From contig NW_026515668.1 of NCBI RefSeq assembly GCF_025526975.1, forward strand, positions 930,001 to 994,000: a stretch of 64,000 nucleotides of DNA, read 5' to 3'. Under the pieces are notes generated by a model. The model was given only the letters and a program-made list of their open reading frames with translations. It had not been told where the DNA came from and did not search any database. Shown here piece by piece: positions 35,701-48,032 of this stretch. Each line of letters starts with the position of its first letter. Positions within the stretch are counted from its first letter, which is position 1. The DNA is from Fimicolochytrium jonesii. Lineage: Eukaryota. The position numbers and the translations under genes were made by a program.

Positions 35701-36952
35701 CTGGAGGTTCTTGGCGAAGTCAATCTTGTCAGGGTCTTTCAGGGGCTTTACGTGACAGCGCCGATTATGGTTCCTCCTTTGCGAAGCATGCGGCGCGCCT
35801 GGTGGTGGGAGAGCGGTACGTCATCGGATTCATAGCCGGAGTCGTGTCCATCGACCGTCAACGGGGCAATCACTGGGTTGCGGGGTCGTTTGAAAGGTTT
35901 ACGGGGGCGTGGTAGATCACTCCAGGCATCGGTGGGGAGGAGATGTCGGGCATTCGTGTCGGGGTCAGTGATGGCCAAAGAGACGCGAGGCCGCTCGTGA
36001 TGAAGGCGGGACTAAAGGTCATGAACCAGGGAAGACCGATGATGGCGTCGTACCGTATGTTGGCAATGATTCATGGGAGCTTCTCGGCGTATTCGTCGAT
36101 GGTGATGTCCGCAACAGTGTAGGAGGAGGATGAGCGACGGGAGTCGCGCGCTGCGTATTCAAGTTGGATGCGGGATTCACGAAGGCGTAGGCGGTGTGCT
36201 TTGACAAATTGATCGCTTATCATGTATGTGGAGCACCCGGTGTCGAGGAGGACGGTGGCGGGGTGACCGTGGATGGTGGCCTGGGTGGTCAATCGAGCGT
36301 CCGTCACGAGGGGACCGCTGATACAGTTCCGAGAGTGTACGCAGAGCTCCGCCAGGAGGGCTTGTTCTTGCCGCGCATCTAGCGTACCACCGATGGACTT
36401 CAGTCGGCGTTTAATGTGCACGAGAGCTTGCGAAGTGGATGGCGCCGAGAGCCCGGTGGTAAGGGAGGGTTCGGATAGATCTTGGTTCTGTGGGGACGGT
36501 GTTCTGGGAGGTTTTCTGGGGAGTCTGGGGTCTAGGGTCACCGTCGCGGCCAACGGGCTCAAGGTCTGGGTCACCGTTGGAAACGGGATCTGCGATCTCA
36601 GGTCACCACCGCGAATAGCAGGGGTAGCGTCGTGGTCACCGTGCGAAACGGGCAGGAGGTTCGCCAAACCGATCATCGTGGGATCAAGGACAGGGGGGGC
36701 GTTGGTCGTTGTGAAAGGGGAAGATACGTGTTGGAACGCCGCGGGGTCTACTGCGCGTCTCGTGTGGAGAATAGGTGGGACAGGTGTTGGGTCCTCCGTG
36801 GCGTGGAGGGGAATACAATTGGCCGCGGTGAGTGGTGTAGGTTTGGGGATTTGCGCGGGCTCGGGGAAGAACCCGACGCGTCGGCGTTTCCGCGGGGCGG
36901 TTGGCTCGCGGCCGGCGGGCAGATCAGGGGGTTGACCAAGGTTAGGTCCCAA
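32780..36952 (-). pseudogene. pol: pol of element 2 with several frameshifts/stops
   Basis: Protease VLLDTGCST; RT CVDYRALN, KTAFRTRFGHFEWTVLPMGL, YMDD; RNase H IDASGFAIG, TDHKAL; integrase HDAH..GHPG..CDNC, VTDRDTKF, HQQTDGQTE; degraded chromodomain near 32800-32940. Confidence 0.93.
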
Positions 36953-38434
36953 GAGCGTGGTCGTCGCTCTGAGACGTTTTAAAAACCCGTCTGGATCTGG
37001 CGGTCCGGGTGGTCATGTCGATCTCCGGCGCGCGGTCGTCCTGGTTGTCTGTTGTCGGTTCGAGGTTCCGGATGGCGACTGGCCAAGGGGGCATGTTGGG
37101 GCAGAGGTATGCAACGTGACCATGTTGGCGGCACCGAAGGCATAGCCCTTCTCGAAGACTGCCAGCTCTCTCTTCTGGGGTCAAACGTTCAAGTCTCGCG
37201 GCCGGCCAGTTGGCAAAGCGGCTTTTCTTTGCGTCGGCTTGGGCTACGGCAGCGCCCGGAAACGCGCGCTTGGCTGGCCAGGTAGATGTGGGGGTGCTGC
37301 TTGAAGCGAAGCGGTTGCCGTGGGTTCGAGGGTCTTGTTCTTGTTTGGCCTTCTGGCAAGGAAGGAGCGGTAGGTGGCGCAATCGAGACGGTCCGCGATG
37401 TCGTAGACCTCATCAACGGAGAGGGTCTTTACGTTCGACTGGGCTAAGATGTGTTCCGCGATCTTGTCCTTGAGGCCTCGAATGAAGTACCTCGCAGCGT
37501 CGGTCTCGGTGACCTGTGGGCCGGATACATGAAGTTTCTGAAAGTCTTTGTAATAAGCATCAACGGAGGTCAACTGCTTCAGGGTCTCGAGAGCGTTGCG
37601 GGCTTGGTTGGTAGCGCGGCTAGGGATGAAACGGTTGCGAACCGCTGCTGCAAAGTCCTGCCAGGTGACGACAACGCGGCAGCCGACCTGATCGAACCAG
37701 GTAGCAGCGAGACCATCCAGGCGGCCTGCGGCCATCTCGATCTTGCCGACATCGGTCATAAGAGGGGCTGTGCGGAAGTGGCGTTTGAAGGCCGCAAGGA
37801 ATTGGTTGCGTTTCGCGATGTCGCGGGTGCCGTCGTAGCGATGGACGCTCTTGCGCAAATCTTTCGCGATGGCAGTTTCTTGGACAATGAGGGTTTCGGG
37901 GGTCACCGGCGAGGGAAGCTGGCTCCAGGGGTCAATGCGCAGGGTGCGGTTCGGGTAGGGGGCTTGGCCGCGTGGGGCGTTGGCAACCGGGTTGCGCATC
38001 GACGGAGGTCGAGGAATAACAACCGGCTGCGGCGCAGCTTTAGCGTCTGCGGTTTGGCAATGGAGGAAGGCCATGATCTCTTGATTCTGCAAATAGAGGC
38101 GCTTGGACAGTTGGGCCAGCTCAGCGCGGGTGGGCAGCTCCTGGCCGTTGTCAGCGTCGGAGTCGTCCTCGGCGATCGGTTCATCTGGCGGAGTGGGAGG
38201 GCCATCGATCTCGGTTCCCTCCTGCTGATAGTCTTGGTGTTGAGCCTCTAGGTCCTCCGGTAGAGCGTCCTGGTGTGATTCGTTGTCGTCGTTCCCACGT
38301 TGGTCAGTGGCATCGTCGGGCCCAGCCTGCTCCGTACGCTCAACAGCTTCCTCAACTCGCTTGAATTGGCGGCCGTCAGAGGCTTCGCCGCAAACGAGAA
38401 CGGTGCGGGACCTGGTCTTTCCAAGTTTGGTCAT
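36942..38434 (-). pseudogene. gag: gag of element 2 (frameshift before the zinc knuckle)
   Basis: RLDGLAATWF..TWQDFAAAVRNRF..LKQLTSVDAYYKDF..FIRGLK; the CLRCRQHGHVAYLC knuckle is in a second frame. Confidence 0.9.
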
Positions 38435-38580
38435 TCTGGCGAGAGAAGGTCGTGGGAAAATGGTGGCGAGGTGAAGATGCACAAAGACGTGGTGAGGCGG
38501 CAACGACGGTAAAACGCAGGACAGTGTACAGGTGAGGTGGTGGAACGTCGGCGGGTTCTCTGGGGCTGTCTCAACGTTTG

Positions 38581-38593
38581 GTGGATGCTACCA
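38581..38593 (-). promoter_or_regulatory. Primer-binding site, probably tRNAi-Met
   Basis: TGGTAGCATCCAC directly after the 5' LTR; TGGTAGC is complementary to the GCUACCA 3' end of initiator tRNA-Met as in Ty1/Ty3. Confidence 0.7.
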
Positions 38594-38755
38594 TGTAAGA
38601 GAATGCTCGCAGAGATCTGTATTCTGAACGTTTATAAAGCTCTCGCTCGATGATAACTAAAAAGGAAAGGGAAGGTCCAGGGTACTCTGCTATGTAGGGA
38701 AGAAAACAATAAACTGTGCTAGTGTCACGTGGACGCATGGGATGCTTCTCTCACA
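38594..38755 (-). repeat. 5' LTR of element 2
   Basis: Direct repeat of 32389-32550. Confidence 0.97.
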
Positions 38756-38870
38756 TAACCCCACCCCTTACCCCAACCACGCCTAACCCTAACCCTAACC
38801 CTAACCCTAGGCGTGTTGTGCACGGCTAAACCAACGCTGAATTCGTTAGGTAGGCGTGGGGTTAGGGTTA
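38756..38870. repeat. Interstitial telomere-like repeats flanking element 2
   Basis: taacc..(cctaac)x4 cctag ... ggggttagggtta. Confidence 0.88.
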
Positions 38871-39110
38871 TTTCTCCATGCGTCTGTCTCTTTGGTAATA
38901 ACATTCTGCATTGGCCCTGAACCTAGCCTTTCCTTTGCATGCATTCGTCAGTGGTGTATTTAGTCTACCTTGAACACTTTCGGTCAGGCTATTTCTAGTT
39001 CATATTATATGTACTGGACAAGGGACGTCATGTAGGTAGGATACGGGGGTACCGTCATGCGCGCCAGAGTATTTCGCCTCGCGCATCATCCCTCGTCCCT
39101 GCCCCGCCGC

Positions 39111-40400
39111 TTATACTCCCAACTCCCTCCTCGCCTCCATCACAAGCCTCACAACATCTGGGTCCGGCATATGTCCCCTACTCACCATCGCATCATACGC
39201 ATCCACACACTCCCTCCACCGTCCCCTAACCCCCAACGCCCTCACCAGCGCCTGACAGCTGCCCAAATCGGGTATATAAGCCTTCTGCCGCTGGTCAAAT
39301 AACCTCGTCACGGCGTCCACGTCCCCGCGCCGCGCGTGCAGGGCGAGCATGCGTGTGAATGTCGATGCGAGGGGTACGACTTGTTTTGTGTCTGCGGATT
39401 TCTGGGCGCAGAAGGCGAGCAGGTCGGCCCACAGGGTGGAAGCGCGGGAGATGTTGTCGGCGGTTTCGCAGGCGTGCAGGATGGCGTCGTAGGATTCGAG
39501 GTCGGCGGGGTGGGATGTTCTGTTGTCCCGAATCGATTCGAATAAATGTAGCGCGGAGTTGAGGTCGCGCGCCACAGCGTGCGCTTTGATGAGGGCTTCT
39601 ACGATCTTGCGGTCGGGTTTGCGCAGGGTGGAGGATAGCTCCTCGTAGAGTTTGAGAGCGGCCGGGAGCTTGCGACATAACCCGCCATTCTCGATCATCA
39701 GCGCCCACGAGTCCATGTCCGCGCGCGCACCGGGAACGTTCCGCGCCATCTCCTCCCACACCGCCCTCGCCCCGTTCCAATCGCGCGCGTGGCCGTACGC
39801 GGTTAATACCATGTTGTATGCTCTTATATCGGGTTTCTCGCCCGCGTCAAGCATCCGGTGGAACTCCTGCACCGCACGTCTGTAGTCCCCGCTTCGTAGT
39901 TGGCAGAGCATCAGGGCATGGTAGTCCCGCAGGTCGGGTTGGTGCCCACACACGGTGCGCAGATTATGCATCGTTCGCGAGGCATGGATCGCCGCGAGTC
40001 GCGGTAGCGTGTGTGAGGTCAGCCAGCCGAGCATGGTGGAGTGGTCGTCTGGATGCAGTGTATGGAGTTTTTTCTCCTTGAAGAGTTGTTTGTACACGTT
40101 CCAGGCATCGCGCGGGTTGTGCCGGCGGAAGGCGTCGTGCAGGGCTTCGACGGTGTTGCCGGCAAGATGGATTGTGTTGGAGACGGGGCGGCGCCGGGGT
40201 TTGGCGGTGAAGCGCGGGGCGGTGAGGAGGTGGGCAAAGTCGATGTGTGCGAGAGCGGTGGGATCTGAGGGGTCTGGTATTGGTGGGGGGCTGTTGGGCG
40301 ATGCACTGCCGGTTGAGTCTGTGTGTTGGGCTCGTTGGAGACAGCGGGGAGGGAGGGTGCATACTAGCCGAGTCGATTTGCTGTTCGTCAGCACCCTCAT
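39111..40400 (-). CDS. Pentatricopeptide-repeat protein, probably mitochondrial
   Basis: PPR motifs (PDLRDYHALMLCQLRSGDYRRAVQEFHRM, KPDIRAYNMVLTAYGHARDWNGARAVWEEM); Arg-rich presequence-like start at 40400. Confidence 0.9.
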   Translation of the reverse strand: MRVLTNSKSTRLVCTLPPRCLQRAQHTDSTGSASPNSPPPIPDPSDPTALAHIDFAHLLTAPRFTAKPRRRPVSNTIHLAGNTVEALHDAFRRHNPRDAWNVYKQLFKEKKLHTLHPDDHSTMLGWLTSHTLPRLAAIHASRTMHNLRTVCGHQPDLRDYHALMLCQLRSGDYRRAVQEFHRMLDAGEKPDIRAYNMVLTAYGHARDWNGARAVWEEMARNVPGARADMDSWALMIENGGLCRKLPAALKLYEELSSTLRKPDRKIVEALIKAHAVARDLNSALHLFESIRDNRTSHPADLESYDAILHACETADNISRASTLWADLLAFCAQKSADTKQVVPLASTFTRMLALHARRGDVDAVTRLFDQRQKAYIPDLGSCQALVRALGVRGRWRECVDAYDAMVSRGHMPDPDVVRLVMEARRELGV

Positions 40401-41086
40401 TGTTATAGTCTGCTGCAATCTCCACAACAATCCTGTCCAAGTATGTTTCTCACTCCTAAAAGCCGTTGTCCTTCCAGTGAGTGACTCGAGGCCGTCGCAG
40501 GTGATGCCTGGTAGCCTGGTGTCGCTGGGCTCGGTGGGAATGCCAGCCTGGACGGCTGGACGGTGGAGGCGCCTTCCACATGGTTTTGGTTTCTGCGGCA
40601 GTGGAAACGGATGGCCAAAATAATGCATATAAACAGCCACGTGTGCGCCGCTTCCCACTTCTCGCTCATTGCTGCAAGCGAACTTCAAGGCCACATCACT
40701 ACCTATTCGAAGGCGCCATCACAGCCGCCGAGATGGTTCTAAAGGCGTATATACCGAGCGACAGGGAAGACTCGTCGGGCACATCCAGTAACGATGACGA
40801 TGACAGCAGTGGCGGTGAGGATGGCGACAGCGAAAGCGGGGACGACGTGGTCGAATTCGATGGTATTGGGCACAGCGACACCGGATCGCCAAGGACATTT
40901 CCGTCGTTCCTACCACCGTCTAATTTATCGCTAGAAGGAAATGATGGGCAGTCGTAACGTCGTCCGGCTCTTCCACCTCCAAAAAGATCCTATAGATATG
41001 TGGCACACTGCCATTTCCCCCCTCTGTATATACACAATATTCGAGCATCTCGAGCGCTGCTGGGTGATTTGCTGATGCACTCCTGA

Positions 41087-41758
41087 TTAGCTTACGGAGC
41101 CGAAGATGAGCTCGTAGACGATTATGACGATGTTTATCGCGACCAGAGGGACTAGGATCGGAATCCATTAGTATGTGATTGAAAAGAAGAGGCTTGGTGT
41201 CATTCGGAAAAAACTACATCGCAATAACGTCCTGATAGCAGAAATGAGATTTATGATCTCATACTTGACTGTTTGCGTTTGGTCTCCGAACTGTGCTTGT
41301 GATGAGGAGTGGGCTAAACCGACTGTACGATAGCAAGAGAAAGGGTACGTAAATTCGTTAGCACCTTTGCCCTTCAGTTTGAAGGAGCGGTGTGAGGTGA
41401 CCAATCGATGCACGAGACGTGGATGGTAGAACGATAGATGGCCCTGCTCGCTCATGCTCGCCGTTAAGATGCTGGGCTCAAGTGACGCAAAAGATTCACT
41501 CGCTATAGGTCGCAGGAGCGACCTCGGCTCGCTCACATTCGCCAAGCATTCTTGCCCCTCGCTTCACTCGCACTCCGGCAACATGGGCTCGCTACCGCTC
41601 GGGTTCTCACACTGGGACGGTCGTTGTCAAGCTCCTTCAGTCCGCTTCCTCCAATACTTACTTCTAGCAAGAAACCGCTCCTCGTGCAAGATTGCGACCG
41701 CATTGGTCAGCAGTAAAATGACGTAAAACAGGGTGCCGATGGACTCCCTGATTGACAT
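41087..41758 (-). CDS. YOS1: ER-Golgi membrane protein Yos1/IER3IP1 (3 exons)
   Basis: LFYVILLLTNAVAILHEERFLAR / VKYEIINLISAIRTLLR / PLVAINIVIIVYELIFG. Confidence 0.95.
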
Positions 41759-42621
41759 GGTGAAGGGAGTCGACGTCGGTAAAGCTGCACTAGATTCGCC
41801 GGGGAGGTCGTAAACGTGAGTCCGCTGAAGAGTGGTCAAGATGGGGCAGGTTCTCTGCAAGCCGGTTGAAGATGGTGGTAGATGGTGGTGCCACTTTGAA
41901 GTTGAGTCTTTGCCGGTCCAAATCTCAGCAGGTTGGGGTTAGACGACAACAGGCCGGTGGACTGGGGGACGAATTCCTGTTCGGCGGGCTGGATATTACT
42001 GACCAACAGCAAGACCACCAAGGTATCACATCACGATCACATTGCAACATCGTCGAATTCTCGTCTACGCAATGGGACCCTTCAGCATCCCAGGGTGGTG
42101 GCAGGATGAAGACTCTGTCCGTTCGTATGAAGATCCAATCGCGACATACCACTGGGCCAGAGTTCTTCGGCGACTCCCTGGTACCGGTATCGTAGGAGCG
42201 AGGAGAGTCGAATCATCCTGCGCATGACATACTACATGCAGTATCTTTCCAGAGAGGCCACTGCTGCTGCCTAATGCACACCCCTCACTATGGAAGGCGC
42301 TAAAATTTTCTTACCATTTCGCGTCGTGCTAGAAAACGAACCTGGAGGAATGTCCAGGAAAGTCGAGCAAATGAGTGGGTCCGCTATTTGTCGGTTTAAC
42401 GGCAAGTCTGAGCGGAGTTGCATTCGACAGTTTTGACGCGTGCGTTTAAAAGCTTTTCGAGTTTACACCCCTACATGTACATACGTGCCCTACCCACCTT
42501 TGCTGAGGCTCTAATCGACGAATACCAGTCCTGTTTAACCTGAATACGAAAGTCTACCCAAAACGCTCGACGAACTCTGCAATAGAAGCCGAACCTCAAC
42601 ATCCCCATCAAGCTTTCCCCG

Positions 42622-43353
42622 ATGGCAAAAAGTGCGGGGCGTCGGCCTCCTTCTTCTGGTGGTGGGTATAGAGGATGTTTTACGGGTCTTTTTCTGATGC
42701 GTCTCGAACGAATGTTTGATAACTTCTCCTAGCAGCATCAGTCAAACTCACCGGAACCTTCATTTACACCGACGGGTCGCAATACGGTACGGTTAACGTT
42801 TTCAGGGTACGTCCACACCCCTGCACCCAAACCCAACCACCTCACTCCGCACCTCTCCCCAAACAACAGAAGGCGAATTCGCCGGCGACCCCGTCATCGT
42901 CCCGCCCCCCGGCACACCCCTCACCACCGCCCCCTCCACACCCCCATCTAGCAACGGGTTCAGCGGTTTCGGCCAACGCACCCGCAACGGACTGGGGACG
43001 TATCGGTGTGAGAAGACCGGAGTGGTGTATGAAGGTATGTGGAGCGGGGATGCGATGGCGGGGAGGGGGCGGATGAGTTATCCTGATGGCTCTGCATACG
43101 AGGTATGTCCCAAAATTCGTCTCGCGCATTGCATGTCAACATGTTGATAAGATCTTTTGAACAGGGAAACTGGCTCAACTCGAAATACAACGGCGAAGGC
43201 ACCTACACCTTCCTCGACGGGGCGAAATATTCGGGCGAGTGGACGGACGGGCGGATGAATGGCGCGGGGGTGTTTTTGGATAAGATGGGGAGGAGGTGGG
43301 TTGGGGTTAGTGTTAATGGCGTGGGGGCGGATTTCGCGCCTGATATTGTTTGA
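42622..43353 (+). CDS. Small MORN-repeat protein (MORN2-like), 4 exons; start tentative
   Basis: GTFIYTDGSQYEGEF, YEGMWSGDAMAGRGRMSYPDGSAYEGNW, YNGEGTYTFLDGAKYSGEW. Confidence 0.85.
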
Positions 43354-43886
43354 GAGATGGGGGATTCGGAGGTGGGTGGGTGGGTTTGTTTGGTGGGTTT
43401 GAGGAGATGGGAGTGAAGATGTACAGTATTTGAACCAGCTGCTTTATCCCGTTGTTGGGTTCAGCTGGAAATGGACTTAAGCGTGCGTGCTACCGAGATA
43501 TCTGAACGTTTGGAGATTAGACATGTGCCCAAATCAAGATGAGGTGCCGGGAGAGGCCGAGGGCAAAAATCCAGACGAAGCCTGCCCTTCCGGAGAGTTC
43601 CACCTTTACTAGGTCCGTACGAGTTTCTTCAAAGACGTAGAAGCGTAAAGTATATATTTTGCTGTACATCTGCGGGCGAGGCGGGCGGGTGGGCAAGGGC
43701 GGGGAATGCGCCGGGGATGACCCTTACCACCGCATACCACGGGGAGAAAAGCTCGTTCCTTCCTGCGTATTCCTCAGAGCTGCAGTATTCCTCCGTCGTC
43801 CTACTTCCTTCTGCCGTATCCTCCACCCCTCAAATCCTTTTCCCCTCTCCCAACGCAACCCCGCACGCAGACCCTCCCAATCCCAC

Positions 43887-45150
43887 CTAATCGGCCTTCT
43901 CAACAATCCGCGTAAGATGCTCATCAATCTGCTCGGTGGTCAGCTGGACAAAACGCGGGTTGGCTGCTGTGACGATCCCAATTTCGAGGTCGGCGGGTTT
44001 GAGGTCAAGGGAGAGGACGTTGGAGAGGGTGTTGATTGCCAGCTGTTGGATGATAGTCGATTGTCAGTCAATGATTACGCTTTCCAAAGAAAGTGTAGAA
44101 GATGAATCGGTGGGGTAGCCGGGGCGGTATGTACCTCGACGGTATCCTCCTCATTAAGCTCCGGCCGCTTCTTGAGCTTCTTTTCAAGGTGGTTCAGCGC
44201 CTCTTGGTGCTTGGAGCCTGCGCTGGTGGCGTAGTACCCGACAAAGTAGCCTGCGGGATCGCATTTGAAGAGTTGCGGGCCCCGTTCGTCGTCGAAGCCG
44301 ATGAGGATCATTGCTATGGTGTGGAGATTGCGGTGAGAACTTGGTTTTGCCATGGCCTGGCAGGCAGATCTGAAGTTTGGGGAGGATACATACAAACGCC
44401 GAGAGGCCTCATGGCGGCGTGCTGCGTGTACACCTGGTTGATGTTGGCCATGCGCTTCGCCAGCATGTCCGCTGGGATCTCGTATCCGAATTTGTACCGC
44501 CATTCGGCAGCTTCCATCCGGGCGCGAGAAACTTGGTTTCGCGCGTCGGCTATCCAGGTCAGGAAAGGAATTGGGGATGAGTGACCTAATGAGGAAAACC
44601 TATGACTTCTACTCAGAGAAGGGCAACTCACGTAATAGTCCAGTCATCACACATCCGATCTTAGGGGTGATTTGAAACACACGGGTAATTGTGGAAGGGT
44701 CGAAGAGCTTGTCCTGAGATGAGAGCGAGGGCAAGAGAGTGTCCGATAATAAGCTCCTATACCCCACATTCCCAGTATTTCTGCGGTGCTGACAGCCCCA
44801 TCCTATCCCTTGACGTACCGGAACCTTCTTCTGCGTTACCACAACGGCGCAGTCCTTCCCTCTCACACCGATTGAAGTGACCCCAGCATTGGAAATGGCC
44901 TTAAACGCGTATTCTATTCGATTCGAAGGGGTGTCAGTAAGCAGTACAGAAGTGTACGAGACTCACAAAACCTTAATCGCCCAACCTACCGACTTGGTAT
45001 AGTCGTCCCTCAGGGGAGAAGACAGTGATATGCCTATCGTAGGCGGCTGAGAGCGAGCGTAAATTCGCAGGTTAGGACTATGCACCTCTCCGTAACTAGA
45101 ATTCCCAGCTGGCAGCGAAGACACGACTTACAGCTCGATCCTCGGCTCAT
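43887..45150 (-). CDS. SCL1: 20S proteasome subunit alpha-1 (Scl1/PSMA6), multi-exon
   Basis: [63 protein letters not shown]. Confidence 0.96.
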
Positions 45151-45499
45151 GGTGTTTCTGTACTACCGGTGATTTCGAAAGTAGAGACCCTCCGTTTAGA
45201 GCTGGCGTTTTTCAGGGTTGTTGATTTGTGAGTAGAGGGTGCGTGGGAAAGAAGGACAAGGCGAGATGGATATGATCTGTCGCCCAAACTGAGGACGTTT
45301 GCGCGTCGCACACTCTTACGTATAGCGTTGTTATTTGCGAGAGAAGACGCAGGTCTTTTCAGGCTGACTTGATGTCCCGGATGCCGAGAAGGAGCAAGAC
45401 GATGATTCAGCAGGAAAGGACTGCGGTGATGCGGGTTTTGGGAGCTCTGATAGACAGCACTGGCAAGCAACAAATTACGTGTCATGCCAGGGGGACGCT

Positions 45500-45560
45500 G
45501 TAACCCTAACCGGTCGTACTGTATGTGGGTTAGGGTGGCCGTAACCCTAACCAGTTAGGG
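45500..45560. repeat. Alternating-orientation telomere-like motifs
   Basis: taaccctaacc..gggttagggt..gtaaccctaacc-a-gttaggg. Confidence 0.8.
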
Positions 45561-46399
45561 ATACGTATCTGAGTGGGACAAGTTGCCGCTCCATCAACCA
45601 GTCAAGGTAGCCAATCAGATCCCTCAGGCGGATGGAGGGGGCCAACTGCATCTTCTCTTTGCCTTGCCCAATGGCACGCACGACCCGGCCATTCGCGGGT
45701 GTCGATCCAGGTCAACATCAACATTCGCAAGCGGCCGTCGTCTGGCCAGACATCGCCACCCTGACTAGAAACATTCTCCAGACACCGCGAGAGGAGAGAC
45801 TTCGACACGCTCGCCGAAGGACCGTCGCCAGGGTCACCGGAAAGCATTATCGGGTCAAGAACAAGTCCGCCTGGTTTCAGCAACGGGATTCAGCAACGGT
45901 TTCTGGGACAACCCAGAGATCGACCTCAGCAACGGAGAGCGACGGACACATCGTGCGCACATCAGTAACGCTCTCCGCTGCCTTTCCAGGAAGAGAACAC
46001 CCACCGCCGGTTATTGCACTCCGCAGCCCTCCACGTGGGCCCCATATCTGAGGACGAAAGAGTGATGCTACGAAAAGCCTCAACATCACTATGTGTGCCC
46101 CTGAAGGAGATATGCACTGCGAGGACAGTGAAGCGGAAGAGTGCTACTTCGCGAGTGATCTGTGTGGCTGCTTTTACGAGTCAGACGGTGTGTCGGTATC
46201 CGAGACGGCCTTTTGGGGCTGGGGGTGAAGGTGAGCTGTGCGGATTGCTAAGGGTGGTTGGGGACGCCCGGCGAAGAAAGGAGGGTGAGGGAGAGAGCGA
46301 GTTCAGTGGGACCCTCGGCGCATGAACACTTGAGGATGGCGAGCGTAGGGAGGATTAACGGTCCTTGGGGTTTCAGCCATGCAAAGAAAGTGCGACCGA

Positions 46400-48032
46400 A
46401 TGCGAGCGTACTGTGTTGCAGGCACAGGATTGTTTAAGATCGCGCGTCGAGCGCCAGGGGCATGGATTGCAGCCAAGGTGCAGGAATGCTTGGGGACGCT
46501 TGCGCCGCCCAACATCCAGGTCATGCGGGGAGCGAGCATGATCTCCTTTTGCACGCATCCCCAAATCCACTACCATCGCCCAGCGCACATATTCACAACG
46601 ATCCACTCTATATTACACAGGCGATCTACTAGCAGCGACGACGGCAACCATCCCTGCTCCGCTAAAGTCATCTTCCAACTCACGAGGAGAAAGATCACAA
46701 GACACCCTGCCGCCGGTATCGCAACCTCAACGCAAACGCTTCCAAGTCCGTTTCGATCGCGAAAAGATCCGCAGCCTCAGCGGGTCCGACAAAGTAGATC
46801 TCTTCCGCGACTACATCAAATGCCATCAAGCCGACGATGCGCTGTATGTCTACACGATCCTCAAACAAAACGACCTGAATGTCCGCCTCAAATACGATGA
46901 CTACCACGGGTTCTTCCACACCCTCATCACCAACCCGAACAAGTACCGCGACGCCATCAACACCCTCGTCAGCGATATGCGCCGGTACGGATACAAACCG
47001 AGCGACAACTTCTTAATGGACTTGCTGGTCTGCTGCAAACGCTGCGGGGATTTCGATACCGCCATGAGCGTGTACGACGAGCTGAAAGCCGCCAAACGCG
47101 CCATCTCCCTGCAAGGCTACAACGCCCTCCTCGACCTCTGCACGCACCACGGCGGGCTCGCGCAACGCCAACGCGGCGTCGACATCTGGTCCGAGATGCT
47201 CGCCTCCTCCACGCCGAATTTTTGCCTGGACTCGGAATCCTACCGCATCGGCATGGAACTGTTCGGCAAACTCTCGAATTCATCCGAAGTCGACAGCATC
47301 TACGCCCGCGCAATCACCGAGTGGAAAAAACACCGCGTCGCCACCCTCCAACCCACCGCCGCCGCCAGCCGCATCCACATCGACAACGCCTACCTCGGCG
47401 TCCTCGTCAACACCGCCCAATACAGCCGCGCCAAAACACTCTTTGACCGCTATTACCTCCCCGGAGCGCCCCTGCACGGGGATAAAGCTTTCTCACTGGC
47501 AGCTCTCCGCCGCACACTCAACATCCTCCTCAAAATGTGCGAAGCCACCCGCGACTACCCCTTGGCCCACGTTTATTGGACGGATTTCACCCGCCGCGGC
47601 GTGCACCCGGATGCTGTCGCCTACGGGCGCATGATCACACTATCCTCCCATGATTTAGTTTTAGCGCAGGAGTACTTTGAGAAAGCGGTCCAAGTCCACG
47701 GCGCCGACGCCAACATCCGCAAACTCACTAAACTGCGCACCGCCCTACTCGCCGCACACGCCCTATCCCCCTCCGGTGATATAAAAGTTGCGTATGAACT
47801 GTACGAAGGGATCCGCAACGACGCGGGGGGAAAGGTACCGAGGAGTGCGGTGGGAAGTATGGTTGGGATGTGTTTGCGGGCGAGGGATTTGCCGATGGCG
47901 TTGGGGGTGTGGGAACGGGCCGGCGTTGAGGGGGGCATTGTTTTGGGGGCCGGGGAGGAGAAGGAGGGGAGGGAGGTGAGGGAGATGGCGGATGTTGTTG
48001 CGGCGTATCGGAGGATGTGGCCTGGGCAGTAG
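46400..48032 (+). CDS. PPR-like helical-repeat protein (5' end uncertain)
   Basis: Frame is open from about 46542 to 48032 with PPR-like repeats (GDFDTAMSVYDELK, LQGYNALLDLC, GVHPDAVAYGRMI). Confidence 0.8.

Larger units (their letters stand above)
32389..38755 (-). mobile_element. Complete but disabled Ty3/gypsy LTR retrotransposon (gag-PR-RT-RH-IN-chromo-like), 6367 bp
   Basis: Two 162-bp LTRs (TG...CA) with 2 mismatches; 5-bp TSD TAACC (32384-32388, 38756-38760); PBS and PPT present; gypsy domain order. Confidence 0.97.

Noticed and set aside
40580..40957. Acidic 125-aa ORF between the PPR gene and YOS1
   Set aside because: Low-complexity with no homology recognised; it could be a relic but this is unsupported.
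45573..46325. Several 60-140 aa ORFs upstream of the PPR-like gene
   Set aside because: No motifs, and mutually overlapping frames.
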